Shown piece after piece: positions 54,800 to 64,000 of a stretch of 64,000 nucleotides of DNA. The stretch's first letter is position 1. Every line of letters begins with the position of its first letter. The notes under the pieces were generated by a model. It had not been told where the DNA came from. It saw nothing but the letters and a program-made list of their open reading frames with translations, and made no database searches. The stretch lies in NCBI RefSeq assembly GCF_045037415.1, contig NZ_CP173439.1; one strand, given 5' to 3'. Both the position numbers and the translations under genes were made by a program. This DNA is from Escherichia coli (GTDB taxonomy: Bacteria > Pseudomonadota > Gammaproteobacteria > Enterobacterales > Enterobacteriaceae).

Positions 54800-55561
54800 T
54801 CAAAGATTAAGGTTATTTCGATCGCTGGCAAGACGCTGTAAGAATTGACCATATCCCTGCGGCCCCATCCAGTAGTTAATACTTTTCTCAACGCCGGTTG
54901 ATGTCAACGTCGCACCGGAAATACCGTCAACGGTATATTCATCGGCATGTTCAGGTTTATCCTGTACTATTTTCAATGCAGGATGTCCGCTGTTATCTAA
55001 TAATCGTTTCCCTGGCCACTGTTTGCGCCAGTTGGCGTCTTCCACCCTAGCCCCCAGAAACGGCGTTTCCCGTTGCTGATAATAATACAGATTTCTCACC
55101 GTACGACCGTCCAGCCCCAGAGCAAGAAACGCATGCATCATGGATTTCGCGCCCTTACCGGTAACTGGAATGATAACCTGCTGAATTTCATTATTTTTAT
55201 CTTTCACAAAGAACACATCCGCCACCGTACAGCGCTGACGAACCTGCGCTGGGTCGCGTTCAGGGGCAAGTTTTTCACACTTCTGCCGCGCGGTGTCCGC
55301 GCTGCTGCCAGCCACCAGTTCGCCGGAATCTAAATTAACATGGCGTTGAATAATATAACGATGATAGAGCGTTTCGACTGATTTTTTATCCTGGGTCTCT
55401 GATTTCATCAGGCCCGCAGCGTGTAAAATTGCCGCCTGTTTTTCCTCCTCTGTCGGCTCCGTCATTTCTCCCTGGAACAGCATAAACCATGCCGCCGCCG
55501 CAACAAAAATAAGGACACAAAGCACCATCATTGATGCAACAATAATTTTACCCTTGCGCAT
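54800..55561 (-). CDS. FMN-binding domain membrane protein (NqrC/RnfG-like)
   Basis: Membrane anchor then a domain with the conserved GISGATLTS motif; start estimated at an internal Met. Confidence 0.55.
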   Translation of the reverse strand: MRKGKIIVASMMVLCVLIFVAAAAWFMLFQGEMTEPTEEEKQAAILHAAGLMKSETQDKKSVETLYHRYIIQRHVNLDSGELVAGSSADTARQKCEKLAPERDPAQVRQRCTVADVFFVKDKNNEIQQVIIPVTGKGAKSMMHAFLALGLDGRTVRNLYYYQQRETPFLGARVEDANWRKQWPGKRLLDNSGHPALKIVQDKPEHADEYTVDGISGATLTSTGVEKSINYWMGPQGYGQFLQRLASDRNNLNL

Positions 55562-55797
55562 TGAATTGTTATCCCTGTCAAAATGGAAATCGAAAAAATC
55601 GCCTGAACGTATCACAGACTTTCATTCAATTAAAACAGATATGCCATTATCAATTCAGGTTTGCAACGTCAGGCAGCGGTAAAAAATAATAACTGGCGTC
55701 GGTAAAAAAGCAGCAAAAATAACAGAAAACACGCTCTCCGCTCGTTTTACACATCCTTACAATGGGTTAAAAAATGCCGGGTTTCCCCGGCACGCTA

Positions 55798-56304
55798 TCA
55801 AAACATGGCTGCCCGCCACAGACGTAACTTCATGCCCCAGTAGCTGGTCCAGCCGCTGGTCGTAGTTACCACCTGCCCCTTCGACACCACCACCAGCGTT
55901 GGCGTGACGCTGATTTCCCAGTTTCGTGATATCTCACCGCCGCTATCATTCACGACGGGGAACGTCACCCTTTTACGCGATAACCAGCGGGAAACCTCCC
56001 CGTCATTACCGGAACGCAGCGCGATGGTCATGACGCTCTCCCCTTCCGACTGCAAACGGGCGACATCCGGCGTGGTGAAACGGCAGATACCGCACCAGCT
56101 CGCCCAGAAGTAGAGCAGCACCGGGCGTTCTTCACTGATCGACGCCAGCGTTACGGTTTCCCCGTCCAGCGTATGCAGCGGCGTGCTGTCAAACATGGCC
56201 GGCATCTGCGGAGAACGCCAGACATCCAGCAGGATTATCACGCCAGCCAGCAGAACCAGTAAGATCGCGCCTTCACGCAGCCAGCGGCGCAGTTTACTGA
56301 GCAT
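55798..56304 (-). CDS. scsD: thiol:disulfide interchange protein ScsD-like (TlpA family)
   Basis: 168 aa; membrane anchor and WASWCGICR CxxC motif; sits directly after an ScsC-like fragment. Confidence 0.65.
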   Translation of the reverse strand: MLSKLRRWLREGAILLVLLAGVIILLDVWRSPQMPAMFDSTPLHTLDGETVTLASISEERPVLLYFWASWCGICRFTTPDVARLQSEGESVMTIALRSGNDGEVSRWLSRKRVTFPVVNDSGGEISRNWEISVTPTLVVVSKGQVVTTTSGWTSYWGMKLRLWRAAMF

Positions 56305-56464
56305 GGGCCACCGCCAGTTTTTCTTTCACCACCGCCTCAAGGGTCTCCCACGATACCGCGCCGGGGATCATCTCGTCGCCAATGATGGTTGCCGGCGTCC
56401 CCTGAACGCCAACCAGCCGGGCGAGTTGCAGATTGGTGCTCAACGTCTCCATGCTTTTCTCATC
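56294..56464 (-). pseudogene. scsC: DsbA-like ScsC, C-terminal fragment only
   Basis: ...GVQGTPATIIGDEMIPGAVSWETLEAVVKEKL is a DsbA-family C-terminus; the 5' part is replaced at the 38-bp repeat at 56465. Confidence 0.5.
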
Positions 56465-56503
56465 GGGGTCAGTTTGGATATAGAGAATTATTGTACTATA
56501 AGG
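56465..56503. repeat. 38-bp Tn3-family-like terminal repeat copy (GGGGTCAGTTTGGATATAGAGAATTATTGTACTATAAG)
   Basis: 38 bp from GGGG to TAAG; forms the junction that truncates scsC. Confidence 0.5.
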
Positions 56504-56757
56504 GCTTCCCCGGCATGTCAACGCCGGTGTTTACGGTTTCTGTCTGCACTATAGTAAAAAAATAAAGGGGAGAGACTGCGGTACTATAAACGGTCATGAT
56601 GAATCGTCATCGATTCGGACCCTGATGAAAGACGCTCGTGAGGCTCTAGTTCGTTAGTCGGGTACACTTGCCCTGTACAATAAGCAGATATACCTCACGG
56701 GGTCTAACCCTTTATCATCAACGAGTTGCAGATCAGATGGTCATACAGCTTTGTACT

Positions 56758-57071
56758 TTAGCTGGCTGAGTACAACCTGAAATCATCACCGTAATGCAAT
56801 GATGCCCAGCACAGTCTTGCATTTTTGGCAGCGATGGCAACAACAGCGCGCCAGTATCCTCTGCGTTCGACCAGTGAGCAGACCCAACGACTGAATAAAT
56901 CAGTCCTTTTCTCCGCCCCGATCAGTACCGAGCGGGCACCCTGAACCAGAAGTGTTCTCAGATACGAATCGCCAGCTTTCGTTATCCTGCCAAGCTTCGA
57001 CTTTCCGCCGCTGCTGTACTGCGATGGTGTCAGTCCCAGCCAGGCTGCCAGCTGGCGCCCATTCTTAAAAT
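56758..57071 (-). pseudogene. IS110/IS1111-family transposase (IS4321/IS5075-like), C-terminal fragment cut by IS26
   Basis: ...NGRQLAAWLGLTPSQYSSGGKSKLGRITKAGDSYLRTLLVQGARSVL is the conserved IS110-family C-terminus; reading frame enters the IS26 IR. Confidence 0.6.
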
Positions 57072-57891
57072 GGCACTGTTGCAAAGTTAGCGATGAGGCA
57101 GCCTTTTGTCTTATTCAAAGGCCTTACATTTCAAAAACTCTGCTTACCAGGCGCATTTCGCCCAGGGGATCACCATAATAAAATGCTGAGGCCTGGCCTT
57201 TGCGTAGTGCACGCATCACCTCAATACCTTTGATGGTGGCGTAAGCCGTCTTCATGGATTTAAATCCCAGCGTGGCGCCGATTATCCGTTTCAGTTTGCC
57301 ATGATCGCATTCAATCACGTTGTTCCGGTACTTAATCTGTCGGTGTTCAACGTCAGACGGGCACCGGCCTTCGCGTTTGAGCAGAGCAAGCGCGCGACCA
57401 TAGGCGGGCGCTTTATCCGTGTTGATGAATCGCGGGATCTGCCACTTCTTCACGTTGTTGAGGATTTTACCCAGAAACCGGTATGCAGCTTTGCTGTTAC
57501 GACGGGAGGAGAGATAAAAATCGACAGTGCGGCCCCGGCTGTCGACGGCCCGGTACAGATACGCCCAGCGACCATTGACCTTCACGTAGGTTTCATCCAT
57601 GTGCCACGGGCAAAGATCGGAAGGGTTACGCCAGTACCAGCGCAGCCGTTTTTCCATTTCAGGCGCATAACGCTGAACCCAGCGGTAAATCGTGGAGTGA
57701 TCGACATTCACTCCGCGTTCAGCCAGCATCTCCTGCAGCTCACGGTAACTGATGCCGTATTTGCAGTACCAGCGTACGGCCCACAGAATGATGTCACGCT
57801 GAAAATGCCGGCCTTTGAATGGGTTCATGTGCAGCTCCATCAGCAAAAAGGGATGATAAGTTTATCACCACCGACTATTTGCAACAGTGCC
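57072..57891 (-). mobile_element. IS26, complete, 820 bp
   Basis: GGCACTGTTGCAAA terminal repeats at both ends; intact tnp26. Confidence 0.95.
57124..57828 (-). CDS. tnpA: IS26 transposase Tnp26
   Basis: MNPFKGRHFQRDIILWAVRWYCKYGISYRELQEMLAERGVNVDHSTIYRWVQRYAPEMEKRLRWYWRNPSDL... (234 aa from the internal Met). Confidence 0.95.
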   Translation of the reverse strand: MNPFKGRHFQRDIILWAVRWYCKYGISYRELQEMLAERGVNVDHSTIYRWVQRYAPEMEKRLRWYWRNPSDLCPWHMDETYVKVNGRWAYLYRAVDSRGRTVDFYLSSRRNSKAAYRFLGKILNNVKKWQIPRFINTDKAPAYGRALALLKREGRCPSDVEHRQIKYRNNVIECDHGKLKRIIGATLGFKSMKTAYATIKGIEVMRALRKGQASAFYYGDPLGEMRLVSRVFEM

Positions 57892-59064
57892 ATTCTGAGC
57901 ACTGTCGCGCTCGACGCTGTCGGCATCGGCCTGATTATGCCGGTGCTGCCGGGCCTCCTGCGCGATCTGGTTCACTCGAACGACGTCACCGCCCACTATG
58001 GCATTCTGCTGGCGCTGTATGCGTTGATGCAATTTGCCTGCGCACCTGTGCTGGGCGCGCTGTCGGATCGTTTCGGGCGGCGGCCGGTCTTGCTCGTCTC
58101 GCTGGCCGGCGCTGCTGTCGACTACGCCATCATGGCGACGGCGCCTTTCCTTTGGGTTCTCTATATCGGGCGGATCGTGGCCGGCATCACCGGGGCGACT
58201 GGGGCGGTAGCCGGCGCTTATATTGCCGATATCACTGATGGCGATGAGCGCGCGCGGCACTTCGGCTTCATGAGCGCCTGTTTCGGGTTCGGGATGGTCG
58301 CGGGACCTGTGCTCGGTGGGCTGATGGGCGGTTTCTCCCCCCACGCTCCGTTCTTCGCCGCGGCAGCCTTGAACGGCCTCAATTTCCTGACGGGCTGTTT
58401 CCTTTTGCCGGAGTCGCACAAAGGCGAACGCCGGCCGTTACGCCGGGAGGCTCTCAACCCGCTCGCTTCGTTCCGGTGGGCCCGGGGCATGACCGTCGTC
58501 GCCGCCCTGATGGCGGTCTTCTTCATCATGCAACTTGTCGGACAGGTGCCGGCCGCGCTTTGGGTCATTTTCGGCGAGGATCGCTTTCACTGGGACGCGA
58601 CCACGATCGGCATTTCGCTTGCCGCATTTGGCATTCTGCATTCACTCGCCCAGGCAATGATCACCGGCCCTGTAGCCGCCCGGCTCGGCGAAAGGCGGGC
58701 ACTCATGCTCGGAATGATTGCCGACGGCACAGGCTACATCCTGCTTGCCTTCGCGACACGGGGATGGATGGCGTTCCCGATCATGGTCCTGCTTGCTTCG
58801 GGTGGCATCGGAATGCCGGCGCTGCAAGCAATGTTGTCCAGGCAGGTGGATGAGGAACGTCAGGGGCAGCTGCAAGGCTCACTGGCGGCGCTCACCAGCC
58901 TGACCTCGATCGTCGGACCCCTCCTCTTCACGGCGATCTATGCGGCTTCTATAACAACGTGGAACGGGTGGGCATGGATTGCAGGCGCTGCCCTCTACTT
59001 GCTCTGCCTGCCGGCGCTGCGTCGCGGGCTTTGGAGCGGCGCAGGGCAACGAGCCGATCGCTGA
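57892..59064 (+). pseudogene. tetA: tet(A) class A tetracycline efflux gene, 5'-truncated by IS26
   Basis: From the IS26 junction the frame reads ILSTVALDAVGIGLIMPVLPGLLRDLVHSNDVTAHYGILLALYALMQFACAPVLGALSDRFGRRP...; about 10 N-terminal codons, the start codon and tetR are absent. Confidence 0.85.
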
Positions 59065-59095
59065 TCGTGGAAACGATAGGCCTATGCCATGCGGG

Positions 59096-59856
59096 TCAAG
59101 GCGACTTCCGGCAAGCTATACGCGCCCTAGGAGTGCGGTTGGAACGTTGGCCCAGCCAGATACTCCCGATCACGAGCAGGACGCCGATGATTTGAAGCGC
59201 ACTCAGCGTCTGATCCAAGAACAACCATCCTAGCAACACGGCGGTCCCCGGGCTGAGAAAGCCCAGTAAGGAAACAACTGTAGGTTCGAGTCGCGAGATC
59301 CCCCGGAACCAAAGGAAGTAGGTTAAACCCGCTCCGATCAGGCCGAGCCACGCCAGGCCGAGAACATTGGTTCCTGTAGGCATCGGGATTGGCGGATCAA
59401 ACACTAAAGCTACTGGAACGAGCAGAAGTCCTCCGGCCGCCAGTTGCCAGGCGGTAAAGGTGAGCAGAGGCACGGGAGGTTGCCACTTGCGGGTCAGCAC
59501 GGTTCCGAACGCCATGGAAACCGCCCCCGCCAAGCCCGCTGCGACGCCGACAGGATCTAGCGCTGCGTTTGGTGTCAACACCAACAGCGCCACGCCCGCA
59601 GTTCCGCAAATAGCCCCCAGGACCGCCATCAATCGTATCGGGCTACCTAGCAGAGCGGCAGAGATGAACACGACCATCAGCGGCTGCACAGCGCCTACCG
59701 TCGCCGCGACCCCGCCCGGCAGGCGGTAGACCGAAATAAACAACAAGCTCCAGAATAGCGAAATATTAAGTGCGCCGAGGATGAAGATGCGCATCCACCA
59801 GATTCCCGTTGGAATCTGTCGGACGATCATCACGAGCAATAAACCCGCCGGCAACG
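59096..59856 (-). pseudogene. EamA/DMT transporter (PecM-like, Tn1721-associated), 5'-truncated by IS1
   Basis: 252-aa hydrophobic ORF downstream of and convergent with tet(A), as in Tn1721; N-terminal part replaced by the IS1 end. Confidence 0.6.
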
Positions 59857-59871
59857 GGTAATGACTCCAAC

Positions 59872-60375
59872 TTATTGATAGTGTTTTATGTTCAGATAAT
59901 GCCCGATGACTTTGTCATGCAGCTCCACCGATTTTGAGAACGACAGCGACTTCCGTCCCAGCCGTGCCAGGTGCTGCCTCAGATTCAGGTTATGCCGCTC
60001 AATTCGCTGCGTATATCGCTTGCTGATTACGTGCAGCTTTCCCTTCAGGCGGGATTCATACAGCGGCCAGCCATCCGTCATCCATATCACCACGTCAAAG
60101 GGTGACAGCAGGCTCATAAGACGCCCCAGCGTCGCCATAGTGCGTTCACCGAATACGTGCGCAACAACCGTCTTCCGGAGCCTGTCATACGCGTAAAACA
60201 GCCAGCGCTGGCGCGATTTAGCCCCGACGTATCCCCACTGTTCGTCCATTTCCGCGCAGACGATGACGTCACTGCCCGGCTGTATGCGCGAGGTTACCGA
60301 CTGCGGCCTGAGTTTTTTAAATGGCGGAAAATCGTGTTGAGGCCAACGCCCATAATGCGGGCGGTTGCCCGGCAT
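59872..60375 (-). CDS. insB: IS1 InsB
   Basis: 167-aa ORF matching IS1 InsB. Confidence 0.9.
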   Translation of the reverse strand: MPGNRPHYGRWPQHDFPPFKKLRPQSVTSRIQPGSDVIVCAEMDEQWGYVGAKSRQRWLFYAYDRLRKTVVAHVFGERTMATLGRLMSLLSPFDVVIWMTDGWPLYESRLKGKLHVISKRYTQRIERHNLNLRQHLARLGRKSLSFSKSVELHDKVIGHYLNIKHYQ

Positions 60376-60569
60376 CCAACGCCATTCATGGCCATATCAA
60401 TGATTTTCTGGTGCGTACCGGGTTGAGAAGCGGTGTAAGTGAACTGCAGTTGCCATGTTTTACGGCAGTGAGAGCAGAGATAGCGCTGATGTCCGGCGGT
60501 GCTTTTGCCGTTACGCACCACCCCGTCAGTAGCTGAACAGGAGGGACAGCTGATAGAAACAGAAGCCAC
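60294..60569 (-). CDS. insA: IS1 InsA
   Basis: 91 aa, [43 protein letters not shown]... Confidence 0.9.
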   Translation of the reverse strand: MASVSISCPSCSATDGVVRNGKSTAGHQRYLCSHCRKTWQLQFTYTASQPGTHQKIIDMAMNGVGCRATARIMGVGLNTIFRHLKNSGRSR

Positions 60570-60624
60570 TGGAGCACCTCAAAAACACCATCATACACTA
60601 AATCAGTAAGTTGGCAGCATCACC

Positions 60625-61059
60625 CACTTTCTCCTGCCAGAGACGCCGGATATCCTTTTCATCCCGACCAGTCAGTTTTTTACCGGACAGCAGACGGTTA
60701 AGCAGTTCCTGTCTCGCATCCGGTACGTCTTCAGTCAGACGCATAAGCCGGAGTAATTCCTGACGACTGAGTACCATGCGTGATTCCTCCGGTACGCTGT
60801 AATAATTAAAAATACGACTGAATACCCCACAACAGCAGGCAACGGACAGGCACAGGGATTTCAGATACAGGCCAGAAACACAGAATGTGGCAACACCACA
60901 AAGAATAGCTATAACTAAAAATCCCTTACCCAGTGCCATACACAAAGAACCCTGTTTTCTGGATATCCGCTCATGCTCATCCAGAATAAAATCTATTTTT
61001 TCATTTTCTGATTTATGCATAGTGTTTCCTCTGCCTTTCCTGATACGCCTGACATTCAA
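60625..61059 (-). pseudogene. hypothetical tra-region protein, 3' end replaced by IS1
   Basis: ORF 60598..61059; its last 8 codons (GDAANLLI*) are encoded by the IS1 terminal repeat. Confidence 0.4.
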
Positions 61060-61234
61060 CGCACAACGTCACACCGGGAAATATTTTCCGCCGGGCTTCC
61101 GGAATAGGATTTCCGCATGCTTCACAGAGATAAACAGGAATACCATGAGCATTTATTTTCTGGCGTATCCGGTTTATTCCTGTCATGGTCAGTTGTTCTG
61201 TTACTGAATATGCTTCATCGGCTTCATCACTCAC
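61013..61234 (-). CDS. traR: TraR (DksA-like zinc-finger protein)
   Basis: 73 aa with CxxC...CxxC zinc finger; matches F TraR as recalled. Confidence 0.85.
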   Translation of the reverse strand: MSDEADEAYSVTEQLTMTGINRIRQKINAHGIPVYLCEACGNPIPEARRKIFPGVTLCVECQAYQERQRKHYA

Positions 61235-61368
61235 GGAATATTCCTCCCGACATGTTCTGACACGCTACCGCCCATCCCTTTTCACGCACAGGGCACTCGT
61301 TTTACAGGCAGATTTTGAATACAGAAAGCCCGCCGGCATTGCCGGCTGATATACAACTTCAGGGCCAG

Positions 61369-61884
61369 TTAATTAATACGTGGTTTTCCCCACGCAGACG
61401 GTTTAATAACAAAAAACACACTGGATGGTTGATGATAAACATCCTGATTATCAATATAAGGCGCTATCCATAATGCTGCCGTCTGCTCACCCGTTCTTAG
61501 CGGGCGGGGAGGTGTTACCGACGCAACTGAACTGACCGGAATAATCGTTTTCACTTCCCGGGCAGCCGTAAACAACGGACGTGGTGCCAGCAGTTTCTGC
61601 TCCGGAAGTGCAGTCACAGCAGGCCTGCTGCGGGACGGCGTTGTCGCCGCAACGGCCTGCACCGACGTGGTCCGGAAGTTCCCGTCAGCCAGGCGCGGCA
61701 GTGATGCCGCAGCCGGCTTTGCTTCTGAGGACTGCTCCAGTTTTTTGGCCTTCTCATTGGCCTGCTCCATAGTCATACAGGTATCGGATGTGGTGGCATC
61801 ACACTCAAAATCGGAGTTCGTTCCGGCACAGCCGGAAAGTAATAACGTCCCCAGCAGCGGAATAAATAAAGAAATCTGTTTCAT
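61369..61884 (-). CDS. traV: TraV lipoprotein (type IV secretion outer-membrane component)
   Basis: 171 aa; lipoprotein signal LLLSGCAG; F-operon position between trbG and traR. Confidence 0.85.
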   Translation of the reverse strand: MKQISLFIPLLGTLLLSGCAGTNSDFECDATTSDTCMTMEQANEKAKKLEQSSEAKPAAASLPRLADGNFRTTSVQAVAATTPSRSRPAVTALPEQKLLAPRPLFTAAREVKTIIPVSSVASVTPPRPLRTGEQTAALWIAPYIDNQDVYHQPSSVFFVIKPSAWGKPRIN

Positions 61885-62132
61885 TGTCCCTCACCTTTCT
61901 CATCGCAGTTCACAAAATCATTCTTCAAATCCCTGACCGTACAGTTTTTTACAATGTCAGGATTTTCAAAAACCGTATTCCGTGATGATTTATAAACATA
62001 TGCCACAATGCGTTCTTCCCCCGCATCAGCTTCTGGTGCACTGACTTCACATAACGGAGGTGTTATTCCGGACTCATACAGCACCGGATAATTTATTTTT
62101 TTGACGCTGCCATCAGAAACCAGCTTATTCAT
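61881..62132 (-). CDS. trbG: TrbG
   Basis: 83-aa ORF at the F-operon position between trbD and traV. Confidence 0.7.
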   Translation of the reverse strand: MNKLVSDGSVKKINYPVLYESGITPPLCEVSAPEADAGEERIVAYVYKSSRNTVFENPDIVKNCTVRDLKNDFVNCDEKGEGQ

Positions 62133-62481
62133 CGAAGGGTTCCTTATATTTCTGAATAATTCTGTCGATTAGTTCTTTCACCGGAACAGATTTTCCGCCA
62201 CCGGATTGTCCGGCAACCACAATATGCCCCGGAGAAGAAAATAAACGCATCGACATTCCCTCCTTCATCACACCGACAGCAGCCATATTAAAATTGTGCG
62301 GCAATGATTCAGAACCGAATTTCTTCAGTGCAGGAAGAACTATCCTTGTGGTGCAGTTACTGAGAACAGCATGCATAAAATCATCTGATACGTTTTTATC
62401 CGGCACAGCGCGGGCAGTAATAACATTAATATTACGCATGTTCATTTTTATCTCCGTTGCTTCTGTTTGTTCTGTCATCAT
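62125..62481 (-). CDS. trbD: TrbD-like protein (start uncertain)
   Basis: ORF at the trbD position between traP and trbG; longer than F TrbD as recalled, so the true start may be internal. Confidence 0.45.
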   Translation of the reverse strand: MMTEQTEATEIKMNMRNINVITARAVPDKNVSDDFMHAVLSNCTTRIVLPALKKFGSESLPHNFNMAAVGVMKEGMSMRLFSSPGHIVVAGQSGGGKSVPVKELIDRIIQKYKEPFDE

Positions 62482-63022
62482 GGAAATAAACAGGGCATTT
62501 CCTGATTTTTTCCGGCAGGGAAGCGTCTTCCGTATAAACTTCCTTCAGATGTTCATCTGCGGTTCCCACCCGGACACATTTCATTTTTCCGGGCCACATC
62601 GGATATTTCCCGGTGCCTGCCGCAAACGACATATACATCAGTGCCAGCGTTGCCCAGAATGCGGTGACCAGTTGCATCAGTGACCGGTCAGTCTCCCTGA
62701 CATAATCTGCAGCATCAGCCGCGCGGTAATGGCAGATATCCTGTATTTCTGATCTGCCTGAAGAATCAGAGGAAGAAAACCAGCATTCACTGACCGGGAA
62801 CTGTCCGGCAGGTGCTGTTTGTCTTACGAAGTTAATCTCCTTAACCAGTAATTTCCCCGGCGTGGTGTTGTCCTTCCATAAAACAAACAGAGCCATCAGG
62901 GCCATTGTGGCCAGTGGCAGAATGACGGTGTACTTCAGACACCAGAACAGTCCTCGCAGAACCCGGGCGACAACATACCGGGCGGCATGGCACGCCTGAC
63001 GGGACGACATATTATTTGCCAT
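62432..63022 (-). CDS. traP: TraP
   Basis: 196-aa membrane protein at the F-operon position after traB; length matches F TraP. Confidence 0.8.
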   Translation of the reverse strand: MANNMSSRQACHAARYVVARVLRGLFWCLKYTVILPLATMALMALFVLWKDNTTPGKLLVKEINFVRQTAPAGQFPVSECWFSSSDSSGRSEIQDICHYRAADAADYVRETDRSLMQLVTAFWATLALMYMSFAAGTGKYPMWPGKMKCVRVGTADEHLKEVYTEDASLPEKIRKCPVYFHDDRTNRSNGDKNEHA

Positions 63023-64000
63023 CGTTGCCTCCTCCCTGGCTGCCGGACATAAACTGCTGCGGATTCAGGTTGCCCAGCTGCTTCAGCATCTGGTCAGTAT
63101 TAAAGCCGTTAAGATGACTTTCAGCTGATGGCGGAACAGGAACCGGACTTTCCGGATTATCTTCTTCCGCTCTGTTCTGCGTGCGCTCCAGCGCCATCTC
63201 TTCCACGGTTTTCAGCTGGAAGCCGTCCTGGAACACCACGGTCACTTCGTTGCCCGCACCAATCGGTATCACCGGGTGATACTGTTCGGCACGTTTGATG
63301 TAGTAGTCACTGAGCGTCTGTGCGGCTTTCGATGCGCCGCCACCGATACCCATTTTCAGGACATCACCAGCCCCGTAAGCGGCTGTGGCACCCAGCCCGA
63401 CAGCCGGCTGGGAGGCGCGCTCCATTCCCTGACCGATACCGTCAACAAATCCCGCGCCCCATGCCCAGCCGAGGATTTTGCCGTTACGCATCACCACTTC
63501 GCCCTTGATACCGTTTTTACCCCGGAAGCTGACATGCCCCTTAATCGGCATATCAATAGTTTTGCCGTCCTTCAGGCAACTGATATTGCGGGTGCGTACA
63601 ATGGCACGCTCACTGGACACATCCCCCCAGGCTTCCAGCCCCACAAAACATCCCGTTGCGTCATACGTCTTGCTGTTCGGCATTTCCACCAGGCCGGTGA
63701 TACGCAACTGCATCGGCACCGTGGATTCATTACCGGTGACTGAGGCATTGGCATCCGCCCCTTCAATCAGCATGGCTTTCGCAAAACTTCCTGACGGAAT
63801 GTACGGCAGCGATGTTCCCTGTTTTCCCTCATTACGGGTAAACACCTTACGCTGTATCCGGTTAGGCACCGGCACAGACTGGTACGTCACCTGTGGTGGT
63901 GGCGTGACACCATTCCCGGGATAAAACGCCGTCGGCGGTGGAACAGCAACGCTGCCCTGCGGCGGGAAGGATACGGGGGTGTTTCCTGGCTGTGGTTCGC
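63012..64000 (-). CDS. traB: TraB (VirB10-like), 5' end beyond the window
   Basis: Open frame to the window edge; Gly-rich C-terminal domain; followed by traP as in F. Confidence 0.85.
   Translation of the reverse strand, partial: EPQPGNTPVSFPPQGSVAVPPPTAFYPGNGVTPPPQVTYQSVPVPNRIQRKVFTRNEGKQGTSLPYIPSGSFAKAMLIEGADANASVTGNESTVPMQLRITGLVEMPNSKTYDATGCFVGLEAWGDVSSERAIVRTRNISCLKDGKTIDMPIKGHVSFRGKNGIKGEVVMRNGKILGWAWGAGFVDGIGQGMERASQPAVGLGATAAYGAGDVLKMGIGGGASKAAQTLSDYYIKRAEQYHPVIPIGAGNEVTVVFQDGFQLKTVEEMALERTQNRAEEDNPESPVPVPPSAESHLNGFNTDQMLKQLGNLNPQQFMSGSQGGGNDGK

Larger units (their letters stand above)
59857..60624 (-). mobile_element. IS1, complete, 768 bp
   Basis: Ends GGTAATGACTCCAACTTATTGAT... 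and ...ATCAGTAAGTTGGCAGCATCACC; insA and insB present; the 9-bp flanks differ. Confidence 0.95.

Noticed and set aside
57865-58853. Multiple overlapping ORFs on both strands within tet(A)
   Set aside because: Alternative frames in GC-rich coding DNA; tet(A) explains the region
57301-59064. 587-aa ORF spanning IS26 and tet(A) as if one gene
   Set aside because: It is a read-through from IS26 antisense sequence into the truncated tet(A) frame; only 57892..59064 is tet(A)-derived

Overview
This window reads as a heavily IS-rearranged mosaic region of an enterobacterial IncF-type plasmid. Recognisable backbone: ccdA-ccdB-resD (1.1-1.65 kb), a RepFIB repA replicon with iterons and an adjacent tyrosine recombinase (19.1-21.1 kb), a remnant ColE2-like rep gene (35.6-36.1 kb), and F-like transfer genes traB/traP/trbD/trbG/traV/traR cut off by IS1 (60.6-64 kb). 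Mobile elements: two directly oriented IS21-like copies (10.3-12.4 and 28.8-31.0 kb), a nested IS911 fragment/IS30 fragment/IS91, IS2, an IS66-family fragment, IS629-like, IS5, IS26, IS1, an IS110-family fragment, and several 38-bp Tn3-family-like terminal repeats including one ~268-bp miniature element. Cargo: a phd-doc toxin-antitoxin pair, two Fur-box-associated TonB-dependent uptake loci (a ChuA-like receptor; a ChaN-like/TonB/YncD-like/YncE-like cluster), a FetMP-type iron uptake operon with ABC accessory genes, scsCD remnants, an ArsR-type regulator with a CoA-disulfide-reductase/rhodanese gene, a 5'-truncated tet(A), and a split autotransporter pseudogene. The most interesting feature is an AT-rich island (about 3.5-8.7 kb) bounded by an ~90-bp inverted repeat, carrying what looks like a complete lasso-peptide (microcin J25-type) cluster: a 62-aa precursor, an asparagine-synthetase-like cyclase, a Cys-protease B protein and an ABC exporter, with a Fur-box-like sequence over the predicted promoter. 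The precursor core does not match any enterobacterial lasso peptide I can recall. All calls are from reading the sequence and ORF translations; no searches were run, and some coordinates may be off by a base or two.
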